Below are positions 1-11,763 of a stretch of DNA of 64,000 nt, piece after piece. Position numbers and translations under genes: made by a program. Within the stretch, counting starts at the first letter, position 1. Each line of letters opens with the position of its first letter. This DNA is from Acidobacteriota bacterium (GTDB taxonomy: Bacteria; Acidobacteriota; UBA6911): positions 2,016,001-2,080,000 of the forward strand of contig OY761556.1 in NCBI GenBank assembly GCA_963664705.1, read 5' to 3'. Under the pieces are notes generated by a model that worked only from the letters and a program-made list of their open reading frames with translations, made no database searches and was not told the DNA's origin.

Positions 1-140
1 CACCGTCTGCAAAACGTCCTATGCCGATCGCAAAGGAAAATATCAGGGACAAAAACAGATTCGCCTTTCCCGCGTGTAATTGGACGCGGCGAATGCGCAA
101 ACGGATCCACCGAATGAGAAACATCGACATCAGATCCGGA

Positions 141-689
141 ATGATAAGGCCGCCAGTTTTCCAATTCATTCTGATGGCTGCGCTCCTGGTATTTTGCCCA
201 TCCTGCGGATACCGGGTTCGAAGCTCCGTCGGCAAGCTCCCCTCCGACGCACAATCGTTGGGCATTCCCACATTTCGCAACCTCACGTCCCAGTACAAGA
301 TAGAGCAGATCATTTCACGCGCGGTCTTAAGCGAATTTGCCGCAAGAACTCGCACGCCCGTTCATTCAAGCAGTTCCGGAGTCGATATGGTTCTTGTCGG
401 CGAAATCCGGAATGTCAGTTCGAGTCCCGTCAGCTTTGGCACGCAGGCCGGAGGTTCACAAACCACGGGTTCCACCTTTCTGGTCACCGTGGAGATGAGC
501 GTAAAGCTGGTGCGACTGAAGGACTCCGCTGTGATCTGGCAGAATGAGGATTTCCGGTTTCGCGAATCCTATGCTCTGAATAACAGCGTCCGGGACTTTT
601 TCTCCGAAGAAAACCCCGCACTGGAAAGACTTGCGAAGAACTTCGCCGCCAGCCTTGCCAGTGCTATCCTGCACCGGACACAGCCTTGA
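141..689 (+). CDS. lptE: LPS assembly lipoprotein LptE family
   Basis: Hydrophobic signal plus lipobox-like SCGY, then LGIPTFRNLT; directly upstream of holA (conserved lptE-holA order). Start moved from 21 to ATG 141, uncertain. Confidence 0.8.
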   Translation: MIRPPVFQFILMAALLVFCPSCGYRVRSSVGKLPSDAQSLGIPTFRNLTSQYKIEQIISRAVLSEFAARTRTPVHSSSSGVDMVLVGEIRNVSSSPVSFGTQAGGSQTTGSTFLVTVEMSVKLVRLKDSAVIWQNEDFRFRESYALNNSVRDFFSEENPALERLAKNFAASLASAILHRTQP

Positions 690-1684
690 CGACCTTGCAA
701 AGCACGGAAGCGCTCGAACGCGAACTGCGCGAAGGAAAATTTCGCCCGGTCTATCTGGTTCTCGGGCCGGAGGAATATCAGTGCAGGGAAGCCGTCCATC
801 TCTTGAAAGACAAACTGACTACACCGGATTCCCTGGCGTTTGACTATTCGGAGTTTGTTGCGGGTGAGACTCCGGTGGATGAAATTGTCGAGGCCGCCAA
901 TACTTTTCCGATGATCTCGAAACGACGGCTGGTCCTTGTTCTCGAAGCCGACGCCTTCAAGGATGCAGAACAGGAGGAGATTCTCGAAGCAATCCCATCG
1001 CTATCAATTCGAAGCACCCTAGTCCTGTCTGCAACAGATCTCGATCGCAGAAAGAAGTTTTATCGAACACTCAAAGATTCCACGTATGTTATCGAGTTCC
1101 CAAAACTCAATGGGCCGGCACTCGAAAAATGGGCAGAGGCCTATATCAAGAAGCAGGGATATCGGATTTCCGCGACGGCCATTAAGAAAATCTCTGATCT
1201 GGCGGGTTCTGACTTACAGAGTCTCGCAATGGAACTCGACAAGCTGCTGCTCTACGCGGGCAATGAGAAAACCGTTCCGGATACCATCGTCGATGATCTT
1301 GTGCGTGGAAGTCGGGAACAAACCATCTGGGATCTGATTGACGCAGTCGGCCGCCGTGACCGCAGCGGCGCACTGAAAGCCCTGGCCAATCTCATCGGAA
1401 TGGGAGAGCCCCCTCTACGCATCGTGGTCATGCTTGCGCGCCAGTTCCGGCAGGTCATTATTGTGCATGAAGGGCTGCGGGAAGGGATTCCAAACAGGGA
1501 AATAGGCGTTCTGGCTCAAATCCCTCCCTTCAAAATCCAGGACTTTATCAGAGACGCACGAGCAGTCCATCCGGATACCGTCCGAAGACTGTTTGTCCGG
1601 CTTGCAGACCTCGACCGGCAATTGAAGACTTCGAGTGCGGACGGACGCATGCTCCTGGAGAGCCTTCTCTGCTCGCTTTCTTAA
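686..1684 (+). CDS. holA: DNA polymerase III delta subunit
   Basis: PVYLVLGPEEY, ANTFPM..RRLV, ELDKLLLY and IWDLIDA motifs; convergent with rpsT. Confidence 0.93.
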   Translation: MTTLQSTEALERELREGKFRPVYLVLGPEEYQCREAVHLLKDKLTTPDSLAFDYSEFVAGETPVDEIVEAANTFPMISKRRLVLVLEADAFKDAEQEEILEAIPSLSIRSTLVLSATDLDRRKKFYRTLKDSTYVIEFPKLNGPALEKWAEAYIKKQGYRISATAIKKISDLAGSDLQSLAMELDKLLLYAGNEKTVPDTIVDDLVRGSREQTIWDLIDAVGRRDRSGALKALANLIGMGEPPLRIVVMLARQFRQVIIVHEGLREGIPNREIGVLAQIPPFKIQDFIRDARAVHPDTVRRLFVRLADLDRQLKTSSADGRMLLESLLCSLS

Positions 1685-1782
1685 TCAGGAAGACATCTGT
1701 GAAAATTCGTGGCTTAGAATACTGTCTCCTGCCACGAATTCTCACGAAGTAGAAAATCTCAGCAGATGGGAGGTTGGCCGGA

Positions 1783-2061
1783 TTAAGCCTTTGCAGTATT
1801 CAACGCAGAATTCAGGCGTTTGGTCAGCCGGGATTTTTGCCGTGAGGCAGCGTTCTTGCTGATTGCCTTTTTCTGCTGTGATTTGTCGATTACCGCATAC
1901 AGCTCGGCAAGCGAATTCTTGGCGTCATCCGCCTTGCCCGTATCCAGACTGTCATTGAACTGCTTCAAATAAGTTCGGAGACTGCTGCGATTGCTTCGGT
2001 TAATGCTGCGATGCTTCAAATTCTGCCGATGTGCTTTGAGGGCAGATGCGTGATTGGCCAT
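1783..2061 (-). CDS. rpsT: 30S ribosomal protein S20
   Basis: MANHASALKAHRQ...NRSNRSSLRT...KNAASRQKSRL; AAGGAG SD upstream of ATG 2061. Confidence 0.96.
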   Translation of the reverse strand: MANHASALKAHRQNLKHRSINRSNRSSLRTYLKQFNDSLDTGKADDAKNSLAELYAVIDKSQQKKAISKNAASRQKSRLTKRLNSALNTAKA

Positions 2062-2131
2062 CCTGAACAACTCCTTATTATTGTTTAAATCCAGCCTGGG
2101 ACCGCCAAAAGCTCGGTCTTATGAACCCCTT

Positions 2132-2160
2132 ACTTTACAAGCAGTTAAGATCCCTGTCAA
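2132..2160 (-). promoter_or_regulatory. sigma70-type promoter for rpsT
   Basis: Minus strand TTGACA-17 nt-TAAAGT. Confidence 0.6.
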
Positions 2161-2174
2161 TTCATATTTTATGA

Positions 2175-2203
2175 TTGACTTCAAAACAGGGCGGACCTAG
2201 AAT
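2175..2203 (+). promoter_or_regulatory. sigma70-type promoter for phoH-ddl
   Basis: TTGACT-17 nt-TAGAAT, back-to-back with the rpsT promoter. Confidence 0.6.
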
Positions 2204-2316
2204 TTTCTTTAGACATGCGAGCGCAATTCTCCATTAGTCTTTTGTTTGTTGAGGTTAGGAATCATTTCCTCTTCCGAAATCTACGCCCATCCGCGAGGTC
2301 AAGCAAAAACAGTTAG

Positions 2317-3285
<969 letters not shown>

Positions 3286-3308
<23 letters not shown>

Positions 3309-4392
3309 GCTGGGCATCATATTCGGGGGAAAATCCGGGGAATACGAGGTGTCGCTGACATCGGCGGCGTCTGTAATCAGCGCTCTGGATCCCGAGGAAT
3401 TTCAAATCACCGCAATCGGCATTACAAAATCGGGAAAATTAGCGGGTGCCGCAGAAATAGGCGGCATGCTGCCACCCGCAGTTCTGTCGAGAGTCCGGCC
3501 GAGCCCTGCGCTCGAAGCGGACAATTCCACAATGCGGATTATATCTGGACTCCCCGAAAAAGCAGATGATTTGCGGGACGCCCCAATGATTGTATTCCCG
3601 CTGCTTCACGGCCCCTATGGAGAAGATGGGACGATCCAAGGCCTTCTCGAAATTGCAGGAATCCCCTATATCGGCTGCGGTGTCTTGGCTTCTGCCGTGG
3701 GGATGGATAAGGATATTGCCAAGAAGCTATTTCTGCAGGCGGGCCTCCCGGCCACACCGTACCGAACCGTACTCTCACGGGATCTGAACGGCGACCTGTC
3801 AAAGCTTGAACGGTCCGTCTCGGAAGAATTCGGGTATCCGATGTTTTCCAAACCGGCCAATCTTGGTTCCTCCGTCGGGGTATGTAAAATCCACTCCAAA
3901 AGCGAGTTTGAGAGTGCGGTGCGCAGCTCTGCCCAATTCGACAGGAAGATTCTCATTGAAAAGGGGATTGACGGCCGCGAGCTGGAATGCGCCATCCTCG
4001 GCAATGACGATGCGCAGGCATCGGTCGTCGGCGAGGTCATCTCGGCCCATGAGTTTTACGATTACAATGCCAAATATGTAAATCCTGAAAGCCGCGTAGA
4101 AATACCCGCTCACATCGACAACAGAACGGCTGAAGAAATCAGAGATTTGGCTTTGCGCTCTTTCAAGGCAGTCGAAGGCTCCGGGCTCGCAAGAGTCGAT
4201 TTCTTTCTCGACCGCAAAACGGGGAAAGTCTGGCTGAACGAAATCAACACCATGCCTGGCTTCACGCCCATCAGCATGTACACAAAGCTTTGGGCCGCAA
4301 GCGGCGTTGCGTTCGTCGACCTGGTGCGAAGGCTCATCCGGTGTGGAGAGGAGCGTTTCCAGCAAAGAAATCAATATAGGATTTCCATTTAG
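3286..4392 (+). CDS. ddl: D-alanine--D-alanine ligase
   Basis: [45 protein letters not shown]. Confidence 0.96.
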
Positions 4393-4458
4393 ATCCATTA
4401 GGAATATATATACATCCTCGGGCCGATTAGGCATCGCGCCCGGCAGGAGGTTACGCCG

Positions 4459-4704
4459 ATGAGCAGCATAACGGGAGATGCAGAACTCCGAGAGCACTTA
4501 TTAAAGGAAAATGCGGAATACCGGCGGCTGGCCGCCGAGCATCATGCCTGTGATGATCAGCTGGAAAATTTTTCCAAGAAGCACTTTCTCAGTGAAGAAG
4601 AGGAGCTTCAGGAGAAGACTCTGAAAAAGAAGAAGCTGATGCTGAAAGACCAGATGTATTCCATCGTACAGAAGGCTCGCAAAGAAATGGAAGCAGGGGC
4701 GTAG
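4459..4704 (+). CDS. DUF465/YdcH-family small coiled-coil protein
   Basis: EYRRLAAEH...LKKKKLMLKDQM pattern; AGGAGG SD. Confidence 0.8.
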   Translation: MSSITGDAELREHLLKENAEYRRLAAEHHACDDQLENFSKKHFLSEEEELQEKTLKKKKLMLKDQMYSIVQKARKEMEAGA

Positions 4705-4734
4705 ATTCGTCGCTCGAGTTTTGGTTGAAAGCAT

Positions 4735-4764
4735 AAGGGGGGACTTCGAAATGCCCCCCTTTCT
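4735..4764 (+). terminator. intrinsic terminator
   Basis: AAGGGGGG...CCCCCTTT hairpin after the DUF465 gene. Confidence 0.55.
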
Positions 4765-4826
4765 ATTGCCGGTGCTCTTGATTTTTCACGTTTTCGGTCT
4801 CAACAGGGATAGAAGGGAAGCATGCT

Positions 4827-5429
4827 ATGGTAAGCGATGCCTACAGATTTGTGATTCCAGCGCTGGCGCTGGGCATCGTATTTTTCTGGTTCCACATTTT
4901 TTCTGTGGCCGTGATCTTTATTCTGCTGGCCGCGTTTGTATGCTTCTTTTTCCGTAATCCTAACCGGAATATTCCGGAAGGGAAGAATTTGGTTGTTTCC
5001 CCGGCGGATGGAAAAATCGTAAAGATCTCCCAGGGTCCCGGCTCAAATCAGACAATCTGCATTTTTCTAAATATCTTCAACGTTCACGTCAACCGATCTC
5101 CCATCGCCGGAGAACTGGTAAAATTCGAGTACAAGCGCGGAAAATTCAAGGTTGCCTATGACGAGGAAGCCTCGCGCGTGAACGAACAAAATGTCCTCAC
5201 GATCGCCGGTTCAGGCATCACGGTAACAGTGCAACAGGTTGCCGGGTTGATTGCCCGCCGGGTTATTTGCTGGAAAAAGCCGGGAAATGCGCTGGCCCGA
5301 GGTGAGCTGTTTGGACTGATACGATTCGGATCGCGCGTGGATGTTGTGGTCCCGGGAAATGTTACAATCAAAGTGAAAGTTGGCGAACACGTCCAGGGCG
5401 GCAGTTCCGTCCTAGGAGAATATGCATGA
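4827..5429 (+). CDS. psd: phosphatidylserine decarboxylase proenzyme
   Basis: FFRNP, SPADGK, NVHVNRSP and the RFGSRVD cleavage motif. Confidence 0.95.
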   Translation: MVSDAYRFVIPALALGIVFFWFHIFSVAVIFILLAAFVCFFFRNPNRNIPEGKNLVVSPADGKIVKISQGPGSNQTICIFLNIFNVHVNRSPIAGELVKFEYKRGKFKVAYDEEASRVNEQNVLTIAGSGITVTVQQVAGLIARRVICWKKPGNALARGELFGLIRFGSRVDVVVPGNVTIKVKVGEHVQGGSSVLGEYA

Positions 5430-6220
5430 GCCAGTCTCCTGAAGAACCATTGAAAGCCCCTGCGGCGCAAAACAGTCCTCGCAGACGCCTGGGGCGGTCT
5501 GTATATCTTCTGCCCAGTCTTTTTACGGTCGGAAATATCTTTTGCGGCTTCTACGCCATTCTCTCCACTATGTATGGCGCCTATGGCCACGCGGCTTATG
5601 CCATAGGCCTGGCGATCGTGCTGGATTCACTTGATGGAATGATCGCACGGTTGACCAATTCGACGAGCGGTTTCGGACTGCAACTCGATTCACTGGCCGA
5701 TGTCATCTCTTTCGGCATTGCCCCCTCCGTTCTTGCCCTCTGCTGGGGCTTGACGGCTGTAGATCAGCGACTGGCATGGATTGCTTCCTTCACCTTTACC
5801 ATCTGCGGAGCCATGCGACTGGCGCGATTTAATATTCAGGCCGAAAATTTGAAGCATTTTGTCGGATTGCCCATCCCCGCGGGAGGAGGTACGGTTGCCG
5901 CTCTGGTCCACTTCTTCGGCGATCCGGTCAAAAGCCGCCTGGGATCCAATCTGATGCTCGCCGGAGTGTTTCTGCTTGCGCTGCTGATGATCAGCACCAT
6001 TCGCTATTACAGCCTCAAACATCTCCCGCTTGGCAGGAAGTCTCACCAGACCATTCTGCTGATCGCCCTGTTCGTGGCATTGCTCTTCTTCCTCTCAAAA
6101 CCGACACTGCTGGTCCTGGCCATCGTCTATGTGCTTTCGGGCCCGCTGGCCCGATTGAGCGGGGGACATCGCAACAAACCGGGAGGGGAATTGACTCTGG
6201 CCAATACTCCGCAGCAGTGA
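5426..6220 (+). CDS. pssA: CDP-diacylglycerol--serine O-phosphatidyltransferase
   Basis: DSLDGMIAR...G..LDSLADVISFGIAP, RLARFN; overlaps psd. Confidence 0.94.
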   Translation: MSQSPEEPLKAPAAQNSPRRRLGRSVYLLPSLFTVGNIFCGFYAILSTMYGAYGHAAYAIGLAIVLDSLDGMIARLTNSTSGFGLQLDSLADVISFGIAPSVLALCWGLTAVDQRLAWIASFTFTICGAMRLARFNIQAENLKHFVGLPIPAGGGTVAALVHFFGDPVKSRLGSNLMLAGVFLLALLMISTIRYYSLKHLPLGRKSHQTILLIALFVALLFFLSKPTLLVLAIVYVLSGPLARLSGGHRNKPGGELTLANTPQQ

Positions 6221-6364
6221 TCTGATTAATGCCTTTTGCCAGATTCGTAAGGGCCAAAAGTCCTGGCCCCGAATTTGGCAAATTCCGGAATTAGGCATCC
6301 ATTCCTCTTTGGGCTGCGGCAGATTTCCAGACCGGACACTGTCCATCCGCGCTACAATGGATGG

Positions 6365-7111
6365 ATGCCAGTACATGAAGCCGAGGCCGTTGTCCTGAGG
6401 CAGTATTCCCTTTCCGATTCGGATCGTATTGTCGTTTTTGCGACCCGGGAATATGGCAAGGTGCGCGGCGTGGCCCAGGGAGTCAAAAAGCCGAAAAATC
6501 GTATGGCCGGCACCCTGGAGCCATTGAATCATATTCGCGTCGAGTTTTATTCAAAGGAGGGACGCGAACTCAGCCAGGTTCGCCAGGCCGAGTTGATTCA
6601 CCCCTACCTGGGGAAAAATCCATCGCTCCTGAGTGTTTATGTGTATAGCTATTTTGCAGAGATCGCCAACGAGATCGTGCAGGATGGTCAGCCCAATCAT
6701 CCGTTCTTTCGGCTTTTGCTGGCCTGCCTGCAGGCGGGAGATGCGCAGGGACCCAACCAGGCGCTGGTACGATACTATGAAGTCTGGAGCCTTAAACTTA
6801 GCGGCCTTCTTCCCAATTATGCCTATTGCTCGAATTGCGGCAAATGTGTTAAAGATGAAGGGTTTTTTGCCTGGATTGAATCCGGGCAAGTGCGTTGTTA
6901 TTCATGTGCCGCGGGGCGGGGATTGGGAATTGGCGCAGCATCGGCCGCATCCCTTGAAGCGATGATGAAATACGGCCCCGAACAGTTTATGGCACGGCCC
7001 CTGCCGCGGGATTCCGCCGCGGAACTCGAGCGCCTGTCGCAGAGACTCCTGGGGCTTCAATTGGAGAGGGAACTCAAATCCTACCGCATGTTGCGAGAGA
7101 TTCTTTCATAA
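6365..7111 (+). CDS. recO: DNA repair protein RecO
   Basis: EAVVLR...DSDRIV...GKVRGVAQG and CxxC zinc finger; upstream of glyQS. Confidence 0.92.
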   Translation: MPVHEAEAVVLRQYSLSDSDRIVVFATREYGKVRGVAQGVKKPKNRMAGTLEPLNHIRVEFYSKEGRELSQVRQAELIHPYLGKNPSLLSVYVYSYFAEIANEIVQDGQPNHPFFRLLLACLQAGDAQGPNQALVRYYEVWSLKLSGLLPNYAYCSNCGKCVKDEGFFAWIESGQVRCYSCAAGRGLGIGAASAASLEAMMKYGPEQFMARPLPRDSAAELERLSQRLLGLQLERELKSYRMLREILS

Positions 7112-7124
7112 CCAGAAGATTCCA

Positions 7125-8015
7125 ATGCCACCAAAAAATATTCAGCAGATTATCATGACACTCGAGCAGTTCTGGGACCGACAGGGCTGCATCTTACAGC
7201 AACCATACGACAATGAGGTCGGCGCGGGCACAATGGCTCCGGAGACCTTTCTTCGCGTTTTGGGTCCGGAACCCTACCGTGTCGCCTACGTCATGCCGTC
7301 GCGACGGCCGACGGACGGACGCTACGGAGACAATCCGAACCGTGTTCAAAAGCATCATCAATACCAGGTCATCATGAAGCCTTCACCCAAAAATATTCAG
7401 GATTTGTATCTTCAAAGCCTGATGGCGTTGGGAATCAATCTGAAGGAGCACGACCTGCGTTTTGAAGAGGACAACTGGGAATCCCCAACGCTCGGCGCCT
7501 GGGGAATCGGCTGGCAGGTCCTCCTGGATGGGCTTGAAATCACGCAGTTCACCTACTTTCAACAGGCAGGCGGACAGGATCTTGACCCGATCAGTGCCGA
7601 AATCACCTATGGACTGGAACGCATCGGAACCTTTATTGCGCAGGTAGACAGTATTTATGACCTGCAGTGGTCCAACAGCGTAACCTATCGAGACATCCGG
7701 CACAGGGAAGAAGTCGAATTCTCAAAATACAACTTCGAAGCAGCGAACGTCGACATGCTGTTTAAGCTGTTCTCCCTGTACGAGGAAGAAAGCAAGCGGC
7801 TTCTTGAAATGGACCTTGTCCTTCCGGCATATGATTATTGCCTGAAGTGCTCCCATACTTTCAATCTGCTCGATGCCCGGGGTGCGATTAGCGTAACCGA
7901 AAGAGTAGGGATCATCGCGCGCGTGCGGCAACTGGCTTGCGAGGTTGCGCGCCGTTATCTGGAGAGTCGCGAGAAGCAGGGATTCCCGCTGCTCGCATCA
8001 CGTACAGCATCTTAG
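7125..8015 (+). CDS. glyQ: glycine--tRNA ligase alpha subunit
   Basis: [36 protein letters not shown]. Confidence 0.98.
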   Translation: MPPKNIQQIIMTLEQFWDRQGCILQQPYDNEVGAGTMAPETFLRVLGPEPYRVAYVMPSRRPTDGRYGDNPNRVQKHHQYQVIMKPSPKNIQDLYLQSLMALGINLKEHDLRFEEDNWESPTLGAWGIGWQVLLDGLEITQFTYFQQAGGQDLDPISAEITYGLERIGTFIAQVDSIYDLQWSNSVTYRDIRHREEVEFSKYNFEAANVDMLFKLFSLYEEESKRLLEMDLVLPAYDYCLKCSHTFNLLDARGAISVTERVGIIARVRQLACEVARRYLESREKQGFPLLASRTAS

Positions 8016-8036
8016 GTGGAGCCATCCTAATCGATT

Positions 8037-10115
8037 ATGGAAAAATCAGAGCTCGTTATTGAGTTGGGCGTGGAGGAAATCCCGGCCTCGATGATCGAGG
8101 ACGCCTCGCGTCAGTTTACGGATTTGATTCTGGAGTCGCTAAAAGCGCAGCGGCTTGCCTGCGGAGAGGTGACTCGGTGGTATACTCCGCGGCGCGTCAT
8201 CCTGGGAATTCAGGATGTTCCCGTGCGCCAGGAAGATCTCGTGGAAGAGATTACAGGGCCACCCAAGAGCGTCGCCTATGACAATGCCGGCAATCCCACG
8301 AAAGCCGCGATGGCTTTTGCACAAAAAAACAGCGTCCCCCTTTCGAAACTGAAAATCGTTCAGACACCCAAAGGCGAATACATTTCCATCCAGCGGAAAG
8401 TCCGCGGAGAGAAGACGGCAAAACTGCTGGAACGTCTGATCCCGGCCGCAATCGGAAAAATTCAGTTTCCCAAGACCATGCATTGGAGCCCGGATCACTT
8501 CCGCTTTGCGCGCCCATTGCGCTGGATCGTAGCCTTGTTTGCCGGCAAAACCGTCCGGTTTACCATTGCCGATGTCGCTGCATCGAACTATACCTCCGGA
8601 CACCGTTTTCTTGGAAAGCCCAGAATTGCGGTTACCTCGCTCTCCACATTGAAAGAAAATTTGCGCGCAAATTCTGTCATGGTCGATCCGGTGGAACGAC
8701 TGGCCAAAATTCAGGAAGGACTGCTGCGGGAGGCAGAGGCCTGCGGCGGCACATTGCTGGCAGATCCCGATCTGCTGAGCACCGTTGTGAATTTGAATGA
8801 AGCGCCGTCCATCGTTCGCGGCAATTTCGAAGAGCGCTTCCTGGCACTGCCCAAGGAAATCCTCATCACGGTCATGCGGGAACATCAGAAATATTTCTGT
8901 GTTCTTAATGCGGAGGGACAGCTTCTTCCCGTTTTTCTTGCCGTGGTCAATATCGAATCCGACCGGGACCGGATCATCCAAACAGGTCACGAACGCGTCC
9001 TGCGTGCAAGGCTCGCGGATGCCGCTTTCTTCTGGGATACCGACCGCAAGACCCGGTTGGCCGACCGCGAAGAGGCACTGAAACATGTACTGTTCCAACT
9101 GAAGTTGGGATCTTATTTTGACAAAACGCAGCGCGTACTTTCATTACTCCCGAAGGTAGCGAACGCCCTGGGCAAGCCTGATCTGATTCCCGATCTGGAG
9201 ACGGCCTCGCATTTCTTCAAATGCGATCTCATCACGGAAATGGTGAAGGAATTCACCGACTTGCAGGGCGTAGTCGGTGGACTGTATGCACGCGCGGAAG
9301 GCTATCCGGAATCGGTCTGGCGTGCCGTATACGAACAGTACGAACCCAAATCCACCAATTCACCCTCTCCCGGTTCCATCACCGGCGCTATTCTCGCGCT
9401 TGTGGATCGCCTGGATACCGTATGTGGCTGCTTCAGCATCGGCCTGATTCCTTCCGGATCGGGAGATCCGTTCGCAGTTCGTCGACAGGGCAACGGCATT
9501 CTCAAAATTGTTTTCGATCATCGTTTGAGCATTTCTCTCCAAGATATGATTCAATGGAGTCTCCATGCTCATGGAAAAGACGTTTCTCAGGTAATCGACA
9601 GCCTGAAGGAATTTTTCGAGGGTCGACTACGCTTCCTGTTTGAAGAAATGGGCTATGCCTATGACTGCGTCAATGCAGCATTGGCCGCCGGTTTTGATGA
9701 TCCATTGGATGTATTGGAACGGCTGCGCGCACTTCAGGAACTCAGGCAGGAAGCTGACTTCCTGTCGCTGGCATCCAATTTTAAGCGCATCGTAAACATA
9801 CTGTCTCAGGCAGGAAATGAAACGGGCACTCTGGATGAGTCCAAGCTTCAGGATCCGGCGGAGATGGCTTTGTGGAAGAGCTACCTCCAGGTTCAGCCGG
9901 AAGTGGAGGCGGCCAGAAGAAATCATGACTATGGCGCGGCTCTGCGATCGCTTGCATCCATGCGCCAAGTCGTGGATGAATTCTTTAAGCAAGTCATGGT
10001 GATGGCCGAGGATCCGGCGCTTCGCCAAAACCGGATATCGCTTCTGTTTAGGGTTTCACAGATTTTCAGGAGTATCGCGGATATTTCCAGGATTGTCATC
10101 GAACGAGGCGCCTGA
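8037..10115 (+). CDS. glyS: glycine--tRNA ligase beta subunit
   Basis: ELGVEEIP, FARPLRW, EFTDLQG, SGDPFAVRR. Confidence 0.97.
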   Translation: MEKSELVIELGVEEIPASMIEDASRQFTDLILESLKAQRLACGEVTRWYTPRRVILGIQDVPVRQEDLVEEITGPPKSVAYDNAGNPTKAAMAFAQKNSVPLSKLKIVQTPKGEYISIQRKVRGEKTAKLLERLIPAAIGKIQFPKTMHWSPDHFRFARPLRWIVALFAGKTVRFTIADVAASNYTSGHRFLGKPRIAVTSLSTLKENLRANSVMVDPVERLAKIQEGLLREAEACGGTLLADPDLLSTVVNLNEAPSIVRGNFEERFLALPKEILITVMREHQKYFCVLNAEGQLLPVFLAVVNIESDRDRIIQTGHERVLRARLADAAFFWDTDRKTRLADREEALKHVLFQLKLGSYFDKTQRVLSLLPKVANALGKPDLIPDLETASHFFKCDLITEMVKEFTDLQGVVGGLYARAEGYPESVWRAVYEQYEPKSTNSPSPGSITGAILALVDRLDTVCGCFSIGLIPSGSGDPFAVRRQGNGILKIVFDHRLSISLQDMIQWSLHAHGKDVSQVIDSLKEFFEGRLRFLFEEMGYAYDCVNAALAAGFDDPLDVLERLRALQELRQEADFLSLASNFKRIVNILSQAGNETGTLDESKLQDPAEMALWKSYLQVQPEVEAARRNHDYGAALRSLASMRQVVDEFFKQVMVMAEDPALRQNRISLLFRVSQIFRSIADISRIVIERGA

Positions 10116-10316
10116 TATAAAATCCGTGCTACGGAAAGAATACTCTTTGAGATTGTTTGAGCTCTTTGCCCGATTGCAAGAGCTTCAATAATTTCAAAGA
10201 GGCTTTGGTTTTGGGAGAGCCTGGATCCAATGAACCGACTTCTCCCGGAATGCAATCAAACCAGGTGGCAGACCAGGTCGTTTTTTGGCCGGCTATCCAT
10301 ATTGAGGAATTAAAAA

Positions 10317-11633
10317 ATGATCGCCAAAGGAAAAGAAATTGCGCCCGCAACAGGCAAATTGGGCGTAGTACTTCCCGGAATGGGCGCAATCAGCTCTACA
10401 TTCATAGCGGGAGTGGAGGCAGTTAAAAAGGGAATCGCCAAGCCGATCGGCTCGTTGACACAAATGGGAACTATCCGTTTGGGGAAGCGCACGGAAGGGC
10501 GCATTCCCAAGATTAAGGATTTCGTTCCGCTGGCATCTCTCGACGACCTGGTATTCGGCGGTTGGGACATTTTCTCTGATAACATCTACCAGGCCGGATT
10601 ACACGCCGGTGTGCTGGAACGCAGCCTTTTGGATCAGGTGCGGCCCGAAATGGAGGCGATTAGCCCGTGGACCGCTGCTTTCGACAAAAACTATGTCCGG
10701 AAGCTCGATGGCACCCATGTAAAAAAGGGCGCCAATAAAATGGAATTAGCGGAACAGCTGCAGGATGATATCAAGGCGTTCAAAAAGAAGAACAACCTCA
10801 GCCGCATGGTCATGGTCTGGTGCGCCAGCACTGAAGTCTTCCTAAAGCCTTCTGCCGTACACCAAACCGTGGAGAGCTTCGAAGAAGGTTTGCGGAAGAA
10901 TGATCCGGATATCGCCCCAAGCATGCTTTATGCCTACGCCGCCATCAAATCCGGAATCGCTTATGCCAACGGCGCGCCCAACCTTTCGGCCGATATTCCG
11001 GCGCTGAATCGCCTCGCGAAAGATCACAACATTCCGATTTGCGGAAAGGACTTTAAGACCGGACAGACTTTGATGAAAACCATCCTGGCCCCCGGATTGA
11101 AGTCGAGACTCATCGGACTGAGCGGCTGGTTCTCCACCAACATCCTCGGCAACCGTGACGGTGAAGTGCTGGACGATCCGGATGCTTTCAAGACCAAAGA
11201 GGAAAGCAAGCTGTCGGTCCTGGAACACATCCTTCAACCGGATCTCTATCCGGACCTTTATTCGAATTATACTCACAAGGTGAGGATCAATTACTATCCT
11301 CCGCGCGGCGACAACAAAGAAGGCTGGGATAACATCGACATCTTTGGCTGGCTCGGATACCCAATGCAGATCAAGGTCGATTTCCTCTGCCGCGATTCCA
11401 TCCTGGCAGCCCCAATCGTTCTGGATCTCGTGATGTTCCTCGATCTGGCGCAGCGCTGCGGCATGAGCGGCATCCAGGAGTGGCTCTCCTTCTACTTCAA
11501 GAGCCCGATGTGCGCTCCAGAGCTTTATCCTGAACACGACCTGTTCATTCAGCTGATGAAGCTTAAAAATACGCTTCGCTACCTGCAAGGCGAAGATCTG
11601 ATCACGCACCTCGGCCTGGAGTATTACGACTAG
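10317..11633 (+). CDS. ino1: myo-inositol-1-phosphate synthase
   Basis: FGGWDI, GKDFKTGQT, NILGNRDG, RDSILAAP, SFYFKSP. Confidence 0.95.
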   Translation: MIAKGKEIAPATGKLGVVLPGMGAISSTFIAGVEAVKKGIAKPIGSLTQMGTIRLGKRTEGRIPKIKDFVPLASLDDLVFGGWDIFSDNIYQAGLHAGVLERSLLDQVRPEMEAISPWTAAFDKNYVRKLDGTHVKKGANKMELAEQLQDDIKAFKKKNNLSRMVMVWCASTEVFLKPSAVHQTVESFEEGLRKNDPDIAPSMLYAYAAIKSGIAYANGAPNLSADIPALNRLAKDHNIPICGKDFKTGQTLMKTILAPGLKSRLIGLSGWFSTNILGNRDGEVLDDPDAFKTKEESKLSVLEHILQPDLYPDLYSNYTHKVRINYYPPRGDNKEGWDNIDIFGWLGYPMQIKVDFLCRDSILAAPIVLDLVMFLDLAQRCGMSGIQEWLSFYFKSPMCAPELYPEHDLFIQLMKLKNTLRYLQGEDLITHLGLEYYD

Positions 11634-11645
11634 GAATCTGGCTTT

Positions 11646-11703
11646 AAACAAAAAAGGCGATTGAAAAGGTTTCAAAGCCTATTCAATCGCCTTTTTTGTT
11701 TTT
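11646..11703. terminator. bidirectional intrinsic terminator between convergent ino1 and ppdK
   Basis: AAACAAAAAAGGCGATTGAA...TTCAATCGCCTTTTTTGTTT inverted repeat with A and T tails. Confidence 0.8.
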
Positions 11704-11763
11704 GAACGTCGATCGCTCCAGGCTCGAAGGCCACCTGAGCCTTCGAGCCCGAAGAAAATCCAT

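Noticed and set aside
1-79. Possible 3' end of an upstream gene (TVCKTSYADRKGKYQGQKQIRLSRV*)
   Set aside because: Too short to identify.
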